Below are positions 8,869-19,100 of a stretch of DNA of 64,000 bases, in pieces; positions within the stretch are counted from its first letter, which is position 1, and the number at the start of each line of letters is the position of its first letter. The position numbers and the translations under genes were made by a program. Location: the NCBI GenBank assembly GCA_022450585.1, contig JAKUPR010000005.1:2141-66140 (forward strand), in the 5' to 3' direction. The notes below the pieces were generated by a model that saw nothing but the letters and a program-made list of their open reading frames with translations, made no database searches and had not been told where the DNA came from. The DNA comes from Anaerolineales bacterium. Its GTDB lineage: Bacteria; Chloroflexota; Anaerolineae; Anaerolineales; UBA11657.

Positions 8869-9507
8869 ATGCAAGACAAACGTCGTCAGATCCTCAATAT
8901 ACTGAAAGAGAAGGGGGCTGCAACCATTCAAAAGCTCAGTGCTGAGCTTGATGTTACTGGGGTAACTGTACGGCACCATCTAGATACACTACGAGATAAA
9001 GGCTTAGTGAGCGAACCGCAAGTTATTCATCGCAATTCTCCTGGACGCCCACAGTTTGAATATAGGCTTACTCCAAAAGCCAACGAGCACTTTCCCAAAC
9101 GTTTTCAAAGCATTTCTAACAATCTACTGCAGGAAATTAAGAGCCAAAGTGACGGGAACGAATTGTACCAAATTATGATGGGCGTTGCGCAAAGAGAAAT
9201 CGTAGATGCACCAAAGCGACGAATCAACAGTTCTTTTGAGGATCACATTGGTACAATTGTAGAATACCTAAATGGCAAGGGGTACCTAGCCAGTTGGGAA
9301 AAACACCCGGACGGCATCATGCTTCACACAAGCAATTGCCCTTTCGAGGGAGTGGCAGAGCAACACCCAGAAATGTGTCAAATGGATGAGTATATGCTCT
9401 CATCATTGCTCGGAGTAGCCCCAAGATGTGTGAGCCACATCGCTGAAGGTAGCAGCAGCTGCTCATATATAATCACTGATTCGGATATCGTGGCGAGCGA
9501 TACATGA
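8869..9507 (+). CDS. SufR-like winged-HTH transcriptional regulator with a C-terminal four-Cys (Fe-S sensing) domain
   Basis: The N-terminal DeoR/ArsR-type HTH reads RRQILNILKEKGAATIQKLSAELDVTGVTVRHHLDTLRDKGLV, followed by GRPQFEY. The C-terminal pattern is C-x12-C-x16-C-x10-C (SNCPFEGVAEQHPEMCQMDEYML...RCVSHIAEGSSSCSY). This resembles the four-Cys layout of cyanobacterial SufR. Confidence 0.65.
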   Translation: MQDKRRQILNILKEKGAATIQKLSAELDVTGVTVRHHLDTLRDKGLVSEPQVIHRNSPGRPQFEYRLTPKANEHFPKRFQSISNNLLQEIKSQSDGNELYQIMMGVAQREIVDAPKRRINSSFEDHIGTIVEYLNGKGYLASWEKHPDGIMLHTSNCPFEGVAEQHPEMCQMDEYMLSSLLGVAPRCVSHIAEGSSSCSYIITDSDIVASDT

Positions 9508-9554
9508 AGTCTTGGTAATACTCAGCATAGTTCTTCATACCAATATCTATTTTA

Positions 9555-9583
9555 TTGACGGACAATTCAGTTGATGCTAAAAT
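9555..9583 (+). promoter_or_regulatory. Candidate sigma-70-type promoter for the A-type carrier gene (TTGACG-N17-TAAAAT)
   Basis: TTGACG is at 9555-9560 and TAAAAT at 9578-9583. GGAG at 9616-9619 precedes the ATG at 9627. Confidence 0.5.
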
Positions 9584-9626
9584 ATGGCAGTGGGCAAAGT
9601 AAAGACACCTTAACCGGAGATCAATT

Positions 9627-10061
9627 ATGAGTACATTGGAAGCCGCTATCGATACAGCTGTAGAAACAATAGCTCCTGAAGAAATAACACTAACCTCAGG
9701 TGCACGTGATCACGTCACCAAGTTGCTGGATGAACGCAAAATGGCTGGTCATGGGCTACGTGTTTTTGTGTCTGGCGGTGGGTGTTCAGGTATGCAGTAC
9801 GGTATGGCACTAGAAGCAGAGCCACGTGAATTTGACACCATTGTTGAAAAAGAGGGCATTAAAGTCTTTGTCGATCCAACATCACTCATGTATATGCGCG
9901 GTGCCTCTATTGATTATGTAGATAGTCTTATGGGCGGCGGTTTCAGTATCGACAATCCACAAGCTGTTGCTAGCTGCGGGTGTGGACATTCATTCCGTAC
10001 AACCGATAACGAACCTGCTCCCACACCTGCGTCAGGTGGCTGTGGCAGCGGTTGCGGTTAA
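9627..10061 (+). CDS. HesB/IscA/SufA-family A-type Fe-S cluster carrier with an extra Cys-containing C-terminal tail
   Basis: Motifs LRVFVSGGGCSGMQYG and CGCGHSF supply the three conserved Cys. A tail of about 25 aa ends in GGCGSGCG. Confidence 0.88.
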   Translation: MSTLEAAIDTAVETIAPEEITLTSGARDHVTKLLDERKMAGHGLRVFVSGGGCSGMQYGMALEAEPREFDTIVEKEGIKVFVDPTSLMYMRGASIDYVDSLMGGGFSIDNPQAVASCGCGHSFRTTDNEPAPTPASGGCGSGCG

Positions 10062-10165
10062 GTTAGGACTAACCTTATAACCGCACCAAAATACTGTTTA
10101 AAGCTACCGGCGCACAGCCTTAAAACGACAGACAGCCTAATTACAGCTTTTCATTGATTTCGGTC

Positions 10166-10846
10166 TTAACTGCGCTGGCGCAGGATTGCAACAATACCGG
10201 AAATAATCCCCAAAGAAAATAGTCCGGCAATCAACACTATAGGTGGCAAAGCGCCTCCATCCTCATTAGGTGTCACAAAGGTCGGTTGTGCCACAGGGGG
10301 TGCCGGGGTGAAAGTCGGCAGCTGAGTCACCCGCAGCGTGTCCTCCGGCGAGAGAGTAAGTGCGGCAACGGGTAATGCTGGCAGGGTCGGCGTGGGTGGA
10401 AGATCTACTTCAGGGAGTTCATCCACAACCGCTTCTTGCACAACCACCAGAGGAGAGTACACCCAAGCATAATCATTCGTTCCTACAGGATATTCAATAG
10501 CAATCCATTCTCCAAAAGACGTGCGCCCTATCGCTCGTGCAAACTGACCGGCAACTAGAACTCCTACTTTTTCGTAATTCGTACCCGGACCGCTGCGTAC
10601 ATTCACTCGATCGGGAACGAGAATGGACGGCCCACTCACAGTGGGCGTAGGCACAAACGTTGCGGTAGCAGTTGCAGTCTTGACTGGTGTCTCTGTGGCC
10701 CCTATCTCCTGGGCTAATATACTTCTGTTTCCCTCAAAAGATGCAAACATAAAAAATACGAGCACGATTAAGACAAATACTTGACGCGCGGATGCCATCC
10801 GCTCTGCATCAGCAGCCCTGATACCCTGCTTACCTTCATCCATCAC
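10166..10846 (-). CDS. SH3b-domain membrane protein
   Basis: It has an N-terminal TM helix, a Thr/Pro linker and a bacterial SH3 pattern (VNVRSGPGTNYEKVGVLVAGQFARAIG...WIAIEY). A Pro-rich spacer and a C-terminal TM helix follow. Confidence 0.7.
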   Translation of the reverse strand: MMDEGKQGIRAADAERMASARQVFVLIVLVFFMFASFEGNRSILAQEIGATETPVKTATATATFVPTPTVSGPSILVPDRVNVRSGPGTNYEKVGVLVAGQFARAIGRTSFGEWIAIEYPVGTNDYAWVYSPLVVVQEAVVDELPEVDLPPTPTLPALPVAALTLSPEDTLRVTQLPTFTPAPPVAQPTFVTPNEDGGALPPIVLIAGLFSLGIISGIVAILRQRS

Positions 10847-10924
10847 GTACCTGATTGCTCACGTTTGATACCATAAATCCCAGTAGCGAAATTCACCTAA
10901 GTATACTGCGAGTATCGCAGGAAT

Positions 10925-13204
10925 TTATTCTCCAACCGTAACAGACAGAAGCGAAACGGCGCGGTCAGCCCACTCAGTACCATCAGTACCGTAAGCAGCT
11001 GCACGTATGCCAGTAACAGAATCATAAAGACCAACAATCACCCTGTAATCTCCGGGCGACAAACCACTGCTGCCGGCAAGAATACGCAAGTCGCTCACAA
11101 GATGGCCTGGTTCCCAGACGGATGTAGGCCAGTCACCTTGCACTGGAGGCCCGTCCGCTTGCGCAACTATTTTTTCATCACTATTCAACAGATGCATGAA
11201 AACTGTCCAATCGCCACTAATGCTTTCTTCCGCCTGCCAGAATAGAACAATTCGCGAGTCCTCTTCTACCTCAGACAACACTGTGTATCCAACAAGTGTA
11301 ATGCCAGAAGCAAAAGTGGATCCAATTTTTGTCTCCACAAATTCTTGCGCTGATCCTTTAGGCAGCAATCGACCAGCGTCTAACATTAACGAGTCAATTG
11401 CCGACTCATTGGCCCTAATCACCAACCGATCATTTAGAGACTCTTGCCAAAATGATACATCGATGTGCAACAGTGTAGGACCAGAGGATTGAGCAACGAG
11501 TGGGATAGAGTAATAATCAGCATACACTACCCCAGGAATCCAATCCCCGGTTGGGAGTAACCCGCCCCCGGGCCAAGTATCAAGCTTGCCAACGTTCTCC
11601 ATATTACGTCCATGCACATTCAACGCGAGGTTATAATCAGCATCTATCTCATCAATTCCACGCCAATATAATGTAACATTCATGGTGTCTCCCGGAAGAA
11701 ATGTGTCATCGGGGACAGAATAGCCGATGAGTTCAATCACAGAATCAAAAGTAGCATCCGTATTTATTATGTCAGAGGGTATGTCCATTTCCATCATGGG
11801 TAGTGGCGGGCTATATCGCGGAGCAATATATACAATCGCTACTGCTAGAGAAACAATGAAAAGCACAGCAGTCATAATCCAAGCAACTAGCTTCTCACGT
11901 GATTCTCCGCCCAGAACAACAACTCCAGCGGCTAGATATGTGCTCATGACGGCAACTGCACCGAGAGCGTGCCGACCCTGTAAAGCATGCTGACGCAGCG
12001 ACCAATATATATTTCCAACAATAGTAAGAGCAAGAAATAATATCATAAGGCCATGCGCTACGCGGACATCGTAATTGGAACCCATGTAACTGCGACCAGT
12101 TCGAAACAGTTTGACTACTCCACATATGGACAAAACCACAAACGTGTTAAAGAACACATAAACCCAGTTGCCAGGAAGAATATTGAACGCCCCAAACACA
12201 CCCCACAGCGAATACCACCAACCGCGCCACTCAAACATAAGATCAGATAAACTCACTGTGCCAACGCGTGTAAACCCATACACTTGAGCCATCATGGTAT
12301 CCCCTAAAATTTCGCCATAGAGAACCCAGTTCCGATAGAACCACCAACCAGTCATAATCACTACACAAAATCCCACAATCAGACTGTCACGCCAAAAACA
12401 CCGCCAGTTGCCTTCACGCTTGGCTTTCCACAATAGAAATACTGCTATAACAGGTACTAGCAATAGACCTGAAAGTTTAGTCAGAATGGCAAGGCCAAGG
12501 AGAATACCAAGTACCCACGGGAAAAACGCAGGTTTCAACACACGCTTCAGCGGGCGCTGCACACTAACACCGTCCTGCACGAATATCACCAACATGTACA
12601 TAATCAATGAACTAAGAAACCAGATGCCATTATCATTGTTCACCGACGCACTGATGAACACTACCATTGGATTGAAGGCCACAACCGCACCTGCCAACAA
12701 AGCTATAGCAGGGTGACCGGGAAAAAGAGACCGCGCCAACATGTAGGTGATAGCTACCGTACCACAACCAAGTCCAAGCGAAAGAAAGCGCAACAAATGT
12801 ACCGCCAGAGGCACACCCTGCACTGGGAATCCCTCGCTATAAGTACGCCTAAACATATTAACATTTGTAGACGTTCCCGGAACCCCCACCTGAGCAAAAG
12901 GATTGTAGGAGTAATACCCAGCAACGTCGTTGTCATCTACCCAGGATGTCAGTGCAGCTGCGAGTACATAATAAAGAGGCGGTTGGCTACCTTCCTGCCG
13001 ATAGGTAGTGAGATCGCCTAGGCGCTGTATAGGTAATCCGCGACCAGAAGTAATCTCACTGACGAAACCATAGTGCCAAGCCTCATCGGAAGCTTCGAAA
13101 ATTGGTGTCGATTGATCATAGATGAAACCGATTGCGAAAAAAGCCGGCAGTAGAATGCGCAGACTAAACCGAAGACGCATGGAAATGAGATAACTGACGC
13201 GCAT
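10925..13204 (-). CDS. GT-C (GT39 / ArnT-PMT-like) membrane glycosyltransferase with a duplicated C-terminal soluble module
   Basis: An acidic motif (ASDEAWHYG) sits in the first loop after TM1. There are about 12 or more hydrophobic helices. Two C-terminal repeats resemble the C-terminus of the ORF at 1-1787. Confidence 0.75.
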   Translation of the reverse strand: MRVSYLISMRLRFSLRILLPAFFAIGFIYDQSTPIFEASDEAWHYGFVSEITSGRGLPIQRLGDLTTYRQEGSQPPLYYVLAAALTSWVDDNDVAGYYSYNPFAQVGVPGTSTNVNMFRRTYSEGFPVQGVPLAVHLLRFLSLGLGCGTVAITYMLARSLFPGHPAIALLAGAVVAFNPMVVFISASVNNDNGIWFLSSLIMYMLVIFVQDGVSVQRPLKRVLKPAFFPWVLGILLGLAILTKLSGLLLVPVIAVFLLWKAKREGNWRCFWRDSLIVGFCVVIMTGWWFYRNWVLYGEILGDTMMAQVYGFTRVGTVSLSDLMFEWRGWWYSLWGVFGAFNILPGNWVYVFFNTFVVLSICGVVKLFRTGRSYMGSNYDVRVAHGLMILFLALTIVGNIYWSLRQHALQGRHALGAVAVMSTYLAAGVVVLGGESREKLVAWIMTAVLFIVSLAVAIVYIAPRYSPPLPMMEMDIPSDIINTDATFDSVIELIGYSVPDDTFLPGDTMNVTLYWRGIDEIDADYNLALNVHGRNMENVGKLDTWPGGGLLPTGDWIPGVVYADYYSIPLVAQSSGPTLLHIDVSFWQESLNDRLVIRANESAIDSLMLDAGRLLPKGSAQEFVETKIGSTFASGITLVGYTVLSEVEEDSRIVLFWQAEESISGDWTVFMHLLNSDEKIVAQADGPPVQGDWPTSVWEPGHLVSDLRILAGSSGLSPGDYRVIVGLYDSVTGIRAAAYGTDGTEWADRAVSLLSVTVGE

Positions 13205-13269
13205 TATATGCAGCGTACATTAGGATGCGAGCACCCCCAAATGCAACATCCCAGCAAGTATCCATTAAG

Positions 13270-14310
13270 TCAAGGCGTAGTACCAGGGAAGCAAGTTAGA
13301 GGATGGCCAGGATCCATGACCACGCGCACAGGAGTAGCCGGTGCAATCTGCATCGTGTGGCGCTGAAGACTATGGACAAAACGCCCAGACGGTAGGCGCA
13401 CGCGATACACATTAACCATGCCACGAAACTCTCGTGTAAGAACGATAGCATTTGATGATGGATCCGGAGTAATATGTACATCATCGGCTCGCACAGCTAC
13501 ATCAACATGGGTGCCGATACGCACTTCATTATTAGTCTGTAGCATCCCGATTTCAGTTTTTACACCCTCAGGCTGCACCTCTCCGGGCAGGAAATCAGTT
13601 TCACCCATAAATGCGGCCACAAAGCGAGTAGCTGGGTTCCCGAAAACATCATCAGGAGTTCCGACCTGCTCTATCTTACCCTGACTCTGCACCGCCACAC
13701 GATCACCCATAAAGAGTGCCTCCTCCTGATAATGGGTGACGAAAATAGCAGTAGTACCACTCATCCTGAGAATAGCTCGTACCTCATTGCGTACCTGAAC
13801 TCGCTGTTCAGAATCAAGATTGGAGAATGGCTCGTCGAGAAGCAACACATCCGGCTGTGGCCCTAGAGCACGGGCCAGAGCGACGCGCTGCTGCTCGCCA
13901 CCAGATAGTTCATTAGGCATGCGGTTCGCATGCTCACTTAGTCGCACTAATTGGAGCATGGCGCGAACATCATCATCTCGTCCAGGTCCTTGCAAACCAT
14001 AAGCTACGTTTGCCGCCACACTCAGATGTGGAAAGAGAGCATAATTCTGAAATACCATACCCACGCGGCGCATTTCCGGGGGCACTACCAACCCAGGGCC
14101 TGCCACCAAATCACCACCAATTGAAATCGAGCCTGAATCCGGGGGAATGACCCCAGTAATTAGCCGCAACAGAGTGGTCTTTCCGCAACCACTTGGACCG
14201 ATAAGGGCCATGATTTCTCCCTTACGAACCAACAGATTCAATCGCCTCAACGCGCCAGTGTCTTCAAAAGTTTTCACTAAACCATCGCACTTGACGGCTA
14301 TTTCATTCAT
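13270..14310 (-). CDS. ABC transporter ATP-binding protein, FbpC/PotA-like (Fe3+/polyamine type) with a TOBE-like C-terminus
   Basis: It has Walker A GPSGCGKTT, signature LSGGEQQRVALARAL and Walker B LLLDEPFS. It overlaps the permease gene by 8 nt. Confidence 0.88.
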   Translation of the reverse strand: MNEIAVKCDGLVKTFEDTGALRRLNLLVRKGEIMALIGPSGCGKTTLLRLITGVIPPDSGSISIGGDLVAGPGLVVPPEMRRVGMVFQNYALFPHLSVAANVAYGLQGPGRDDDVRAMLQLVRLSEHANRMPNELSGGEQQRVALARALGPQPDVLLLDEPFSNLDSEQRVQVRNEVRAILRMSGTTAIFVTHYQEEALFMGDRVAVQSQGKIEQVGTPDDVFGNPATRFVAAFMGETDFLPGEVQPEGVKTEIGMLQTNNEVRIGTHVDVAVRADDVHITPDPSSNAIVLTREFRGMVNVYRVRLPSGRFVHSLQRHTMQIAPATPVRVVMDPGHPLTCFPGTTP

Positions 14311-15940
14311 ATATCCTCTCCCGTTCCCGCATCACTAGCATGGCCATAGGCAGAGACGAAAGAATAATCAACAGAAGTGCCGGAGCCGCAGCACGAGCGA
14401 AAAAAGCCTCAGACACCGCCGACCAGACACTAGTTGACAGAGTGCGAAATCCTAGAGGCGAAAGTATCAAAGTTACCGGAAGTTCCTTCATAGCGGTAAG
14501 AAATACTAGTACCACCCCAGCGGCCATTCCAGGCCATGTAATCGGAAGCGTAATAGTCCGAAACACATCTAACGGACCTCTACCCAAAGTGCGCGCCGCA
14601 TGCTCTAAGCTGGGTGACAGCTGCAGCAGTGATGCACGAAGCGCACCTACCACCTCAGGCAAGAAAAGAATCACATAACCAAACAAGAGCAGTGCCATTG
14701 TTTGATATAGCGGTCGGGCGTAGTTTGCACCAAAAAAAACCAGAGCGAGTGCTACCACCATACCGGGTAAAGCAAATGCTGCATAGGATACTCTTTCCAA
14801 AATGCTGCTAGCGCGCCCCACATAACGAACACTCAATACGGCGACGGGGATAGCAGCCACAAGTGCCAACCCGGCTGCAGCACCAGATGTAAGAAGCGAA
14901 TTTAGAGCTGATACCCAAAGAGAGGATAAATCCACGCCTGCGCTGATTCCTCGTACTAACCATAAGAATAGTACACCGGCTGGCATAACTAGCGCAAGAG
15001 TAACTACGGCAAAACAGAAGCAAAATGACGGCCAGCGCCACAAACCCAATCTGACTGTAACCGCAGATCCAACACTGCCAACATCGCCTCCATGATAACT
15101 AGCTCTGCCACGGGTCCTAACATCTACAGCAAGAATTGTCATTGCAATTAACACCAAGACTAGGGCCAATATGGCCGCCATAGTTCGATCAAAGGAGGAT
15201 TGATACTGAAGAAAAATAGCACGCGTGAATGTACTATAACGCATGAGCGAAACCGCACCAAAATCACGTAACACATAAAGCGTTACTAACAGTCCCCCGG
15301 CCACCAAGCTGGGACGCAACTGTGGAAGAATAACCCTCCAAAAAGTGCCCCACGGACCACTACCCAAATTCCGCGCAGCCTCCTCCATTGCCGGGTTCAT
15401 TCGTAATAAAGCCGCCCGCGTACTAAGCAAAACATATGGATAGCTGAGCATTGTCAACACTAGAAATGCTCCAGGGAACCCATAGATATCTGGCAAACGC
15501 TGAACACCCAAAGGCTCTAGCCAATGCTGCAAAAGTCCGCGTGGTCCGAGCACTGAAATCATAAGATATGCGCCTACATAACTCGGCACAACCAATGGCA
15601 ACGGGGTGAGCACTGCCCACATACGCCGCATAGGCAAATCACTGCGAACGGTTAGCCATGCTAGAGGCACAGCCAAAAACCCACAACATAAGGTCACAGA
15701 AAATGCAAGCCATATGGTACGTCCAAGAATTCGCGCAGTCCGAACGCTAATCAACTCCTCCCAAGCAGCATCGCCTGCTCCTAACGCTCTTAGGAGCAAA
15801 TAAACGACCGGGATCAACAGCGCAATAGCAACCAGAGAACCAGCAACCCATAGGATGCCTGACCCTGAAACCCACCAAGATCCTATACGCGAGATAACTC
15901 TGCCAGAGTATCGCCTAGCCATATATGTTGAATCAAACAC
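14303..15940 (-). CDS. ABC transporter permease, duplicated two-domain FbpB/ThiP-like (iron(III)-type)
   Basis: The 545-aa protein has two internally repeated six-helix permease halves, each with an EAA-like loop (MEEAARNLG and LEHAARTLG). Confidence 0.85.
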   Translation of the reverse strand: MFDSTYMARRYSGRVISRIGSWWVSGSGILWVAGSLVAIALLIPVVYLLLRALGAGDAAWEELISVRTARILGRTIWLAFSVTLCCGFLAVPLAWLTVRSDLPMRRMWAVLTPLPLVVPSYVGAYLMISVLGPRGLLQHWLEPLGVQRLPDIYGFPGAFLVLTMLSYPYVLLSTRAALLRMNPAMEEAARNLGSGPWGTFWRVILPQLRPSLVAGGLLVTLYVLRDFGAVSLMRYSTFTRAIFLQYQSSFDRTMAAILALVLVLIAMTILAVDVRTRGRASYHGGDVGSVGSAVTVRLGLWRWPSFCFCFAVVTLALVMPAGVLFLWLVRGISAGVDLSSLWVSALNSLLTSGAAAGLALVAAIPVAVLSVRYVGRASSILERVSYAAFALPGMVVALALVFFGANYARPLYQTMALLLFGYVILFLPEVVGALRASLLQLSPSLEHAARTLGRGPLDVFRTITLPITWPGMAAGVVLVFLTAMKELPVTLILSPLGFRTLSTSVWSAVSEAFFARAAAPALLLIILSSLPMAMLVMRERERIYE

Positions 15941-15973
15941 ACACGCCGTTGCGCCCTTTAGAAAATATCACAT

Positions 15974-15993
15974 TCATGATTGATCAATAGTGA
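15974..15993. promoter_or_regulatory. Candidate operator: 20-bp imperfect palindrome TCAtgATTGATCAATagTGA upstream of the ABC importer
   Basis: The perfect 10-bp core ATTGATCAAT is at 15979-15988 with symmetric TCA/TGA flanks. A second AT-rich dyad, TGATAATacaATTATtg, follows at 16002-16018. Both lie in the 214-bp AT-rich gap before the permease start at 15940. Confidence 0.35.
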
Positions 15994-16075
15994 AAATTAT
16001 TTGATAATACAATTATTGGCACAACTTACTGACCCATTGTTACAATTGTGCGTCTTTCACAACAACAAGAATAAT

Positions 16076-16103
16076 ATTATATAAAATTCTCTATTTTAAT
16101 CAA
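16076..16103 (-). promoter_or_regulatory. Candidate promoter for the ABC importer operon (TTGATT-N16-TATAAT on the minus strand)
   Basis: On the minus strand TTGATT is at 16103-16098 and TATAAT at 16081-16076. The palindromes lie downstream of it. Confidence 0.4.
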
Positions 16104-16154
16104 GTTATGGATATAACTCAATCAGAGTAGGGAGTCAAGAAAAGTGTAAACAAC

Positions 16155-19100
16155 TTAGCTCTGCACCACGATGTTAACCACATCACTATGCGTTACATTG
16201 CCCGCTGCATCAACTGCGCGCAGATAGATACTATGCGTTCCCACACGATCTATAGTCCAACGTGTGGTAAACGGAGCGACAGTTTTTGTCTCCACCTTTC
16301 GCTCATCTACCCACACTTCCACATATTCAACGGAAAAATCATCGCTCACCTTGGGCTGAATCACTATGGACTCATCCTTCATTGTAAAAAGCTCTCCCGG
16401 CCATGGGGAAATTAGCCTGACATCGGGAGCTTGGTTGTCCACCGTTACCTGTACAGTCGCCATGTCAAAGCGCTGGTCACCGCGGACCACCAGCAGCTGC
16501 AATGTGTAAAGCCCGGCCAACCCGCTGGTATCCCATTCATCCAGCACTCCTTCCACCACTTGCTCACTACGATCATCTCCCAATTGTGACCATTGATCCG
16601 GATTCAAACCCTTACCAAATTGCAATCTATAATATTGGAAATCTTCACCGTGAGCTGCTCCCTCCACTGGAACCACACCGTTCACATATGAAAACGGTAT
16701 AGGCTTAGTCAAAACAACCGCCTCCGCATTGTCGATCTGCGCATACAATGTGTCATATTCCTGTGGCGGTTGCGGAACATTGGCAGAGATTATCCAGTCG
16801 GCTGCCTCCGGCGGGAGAACCTGATAGACTTGCTTCTGTACTAGCTCAGGTGGAGTATATACAGTGGCCAATCTACCTGTCTCGACATTAACGTCAAATG
16901 ACTGCCAGATATTATCATGAGAAACAGGCTCAGTCCCACTGACGAATACCTCGCGTACGCTCTCTTGACAATCATCGGTTAGCATCAGACCTGATGGGTA
17001 ACACACTGATACTTCATTAATACCCACAGGCCGATCCCAACCAACGGGCGGAAGCGAGAGGGTTCGAAGAGCATAGGTCATCACCGCGTTCCATATAGGA
17101 GCTGCCCCTTTGGAACCAGGAACTTCAACCATACCGCTAGAATCGCTATTTCCAACCCAGACACCTGTCACCAATTGAGGAGTGTAACCTACAGTCCAGC
17201 TGTCCACATAATCATTAGTGGTTCCTGTCTTTGCTGCTGCAGGACGGCCAATTTCGAGTGGGTTCGGATGCCCGAATGCAGGTATGCGAGCCCGCTCATC
17301 TGAAAGCACATGGTTCATGAGATACGCTAGTTCCATACTTAATACAGGCTGAGTGGTAGGACCAGAAAACTCGCATGATGCGTCACCATCTGGTCCGCAT
17401 AATGACAATACAGTTCCAGTATTATTTTCGATTCGCAGAATGGCAACCGGGTCTAAGTCTCGATAACCGCTGCGTGCCTGAGAATCCGAAACTGGCTGAC
17501 CGGCCATCACACCACTGTTAGCGAACACACCGAAAGCATAGGTCATATCCAGTAAAGTAACTTCTCCACCACCAAGTGTAAGCGCAGGACCATAAACACC
17601 CTTGTCTTCATCAAGAGTATTTATGCCCATGCTGTGTGCACTGCGAAGTACATTCTCCACACCTACCCAGGTCATCACTTGTACAGCTGGAACGTTCAGA
17701 GATTGCGACAGAGCAGTGCGAACACTCACAGGTCCATGAAAGCTACGGTCATAATTTTCCGGAACATAAGAGATCCCACTCTCAATTGGAAAGGCAGTAC
17801 GCACATCCAGTAACATTGTTGACGGTGTATATCCTTGCGAAAAAGCGGTCAGATAGGTGAATGGTTTAAATGCTGATCCCGGTTGACGTAGCCCAGAGAC
17901 AGCAACGTTAAAACTACCATCTATGGATTTATCCCAATAATCATAAGACCCTAACATGGAAAGAATCTCACCAGTGCGCGGGTCCAAAACCACCGCGGCC
18001 ACATTAGATACATTGCGATCTACCCCCACATCCTTTACACGTAGCGGGGGCAGATGAGCCGCAGATGCGCAGGAATTTCCATCAGAATCAAAATCGACAT
18101 AATCTGGGTCAGAACCCCCGAGGCGATTCACATGCGAGCGTGCCGCACACTCAACCTGATCTTGCAATCTAGCGTCCAGAGTAGTCACAATACGCAATCC
18201 ACCCCGGTGCACCATCGCAGCACCGAGCTGATCAAAGGCTTGATTGAGCACATAAAACACAAAATGAGGTGCGACAATGTTGAAGCGGCTGCTCGCCGGC
18301 TGTAGCCTTGAAAAAACATCATCCTCTAGAGCCATGACCGCGTCTACAGCAGTAACATAGCCTTGTTCCACCATCGCTTCCAGAACAAGCGCCTGGCGAT
18401 GTCGTGACTCTTCCGGTGCGTCAATCGGATTTAGGCCTGGGGATTGGGGGATAGCAGCCAACAATGCGCTCTCAGCAAGATTGAGTTCGGCAGCTGATTT
18501 GGCGAAATAGACCCTAGCAGCAGCATCTACACCGTATGCGAGATGACCATAAAAATTAGTATTCAAATACCACTCTAGTATTCTCTCCTTACTGTAGCGT
18601 TCAGTAGCCTCCCTCGCAATGAGTGACTCGCGCAACTTACGTACATAACTCGTTTCGGCTGCACTACTTGGCGCAATGATCACATTTTTTATAAGTTGTT
18701 GAGTAATGGTACTGCCACCCTGAATATGACCGGGACATTTCTCTGGCCTGAACACACATTCGGGACGACTCAGATTAGATCCGAAAGCGCGAAGTATTCC
18801 CATCACATCATATCCCGGATTCTGATAGAAGGTTTGGTCTTCTATCGATATGGTAGCATTTTGAAATCGCACTGGGATTTGCTCCAGAGCTAACCACTGG
18901 CGATCGCCTGCACGCGGGTCAATAACTTCATAAAGAAGATGTTGACCACTACGATCATATATTCTAGTAGTCTGGAAAAACTGATTATTCGAAAACTCAA
19001 AAGCCTGTCCGAGATACTCAGCACTGGGCAAATCACTGACAAGTTCACTGTACATTTCAAGCCCAAACATCGCTCCCACGGTGGTAATAGCCAACAGTGC

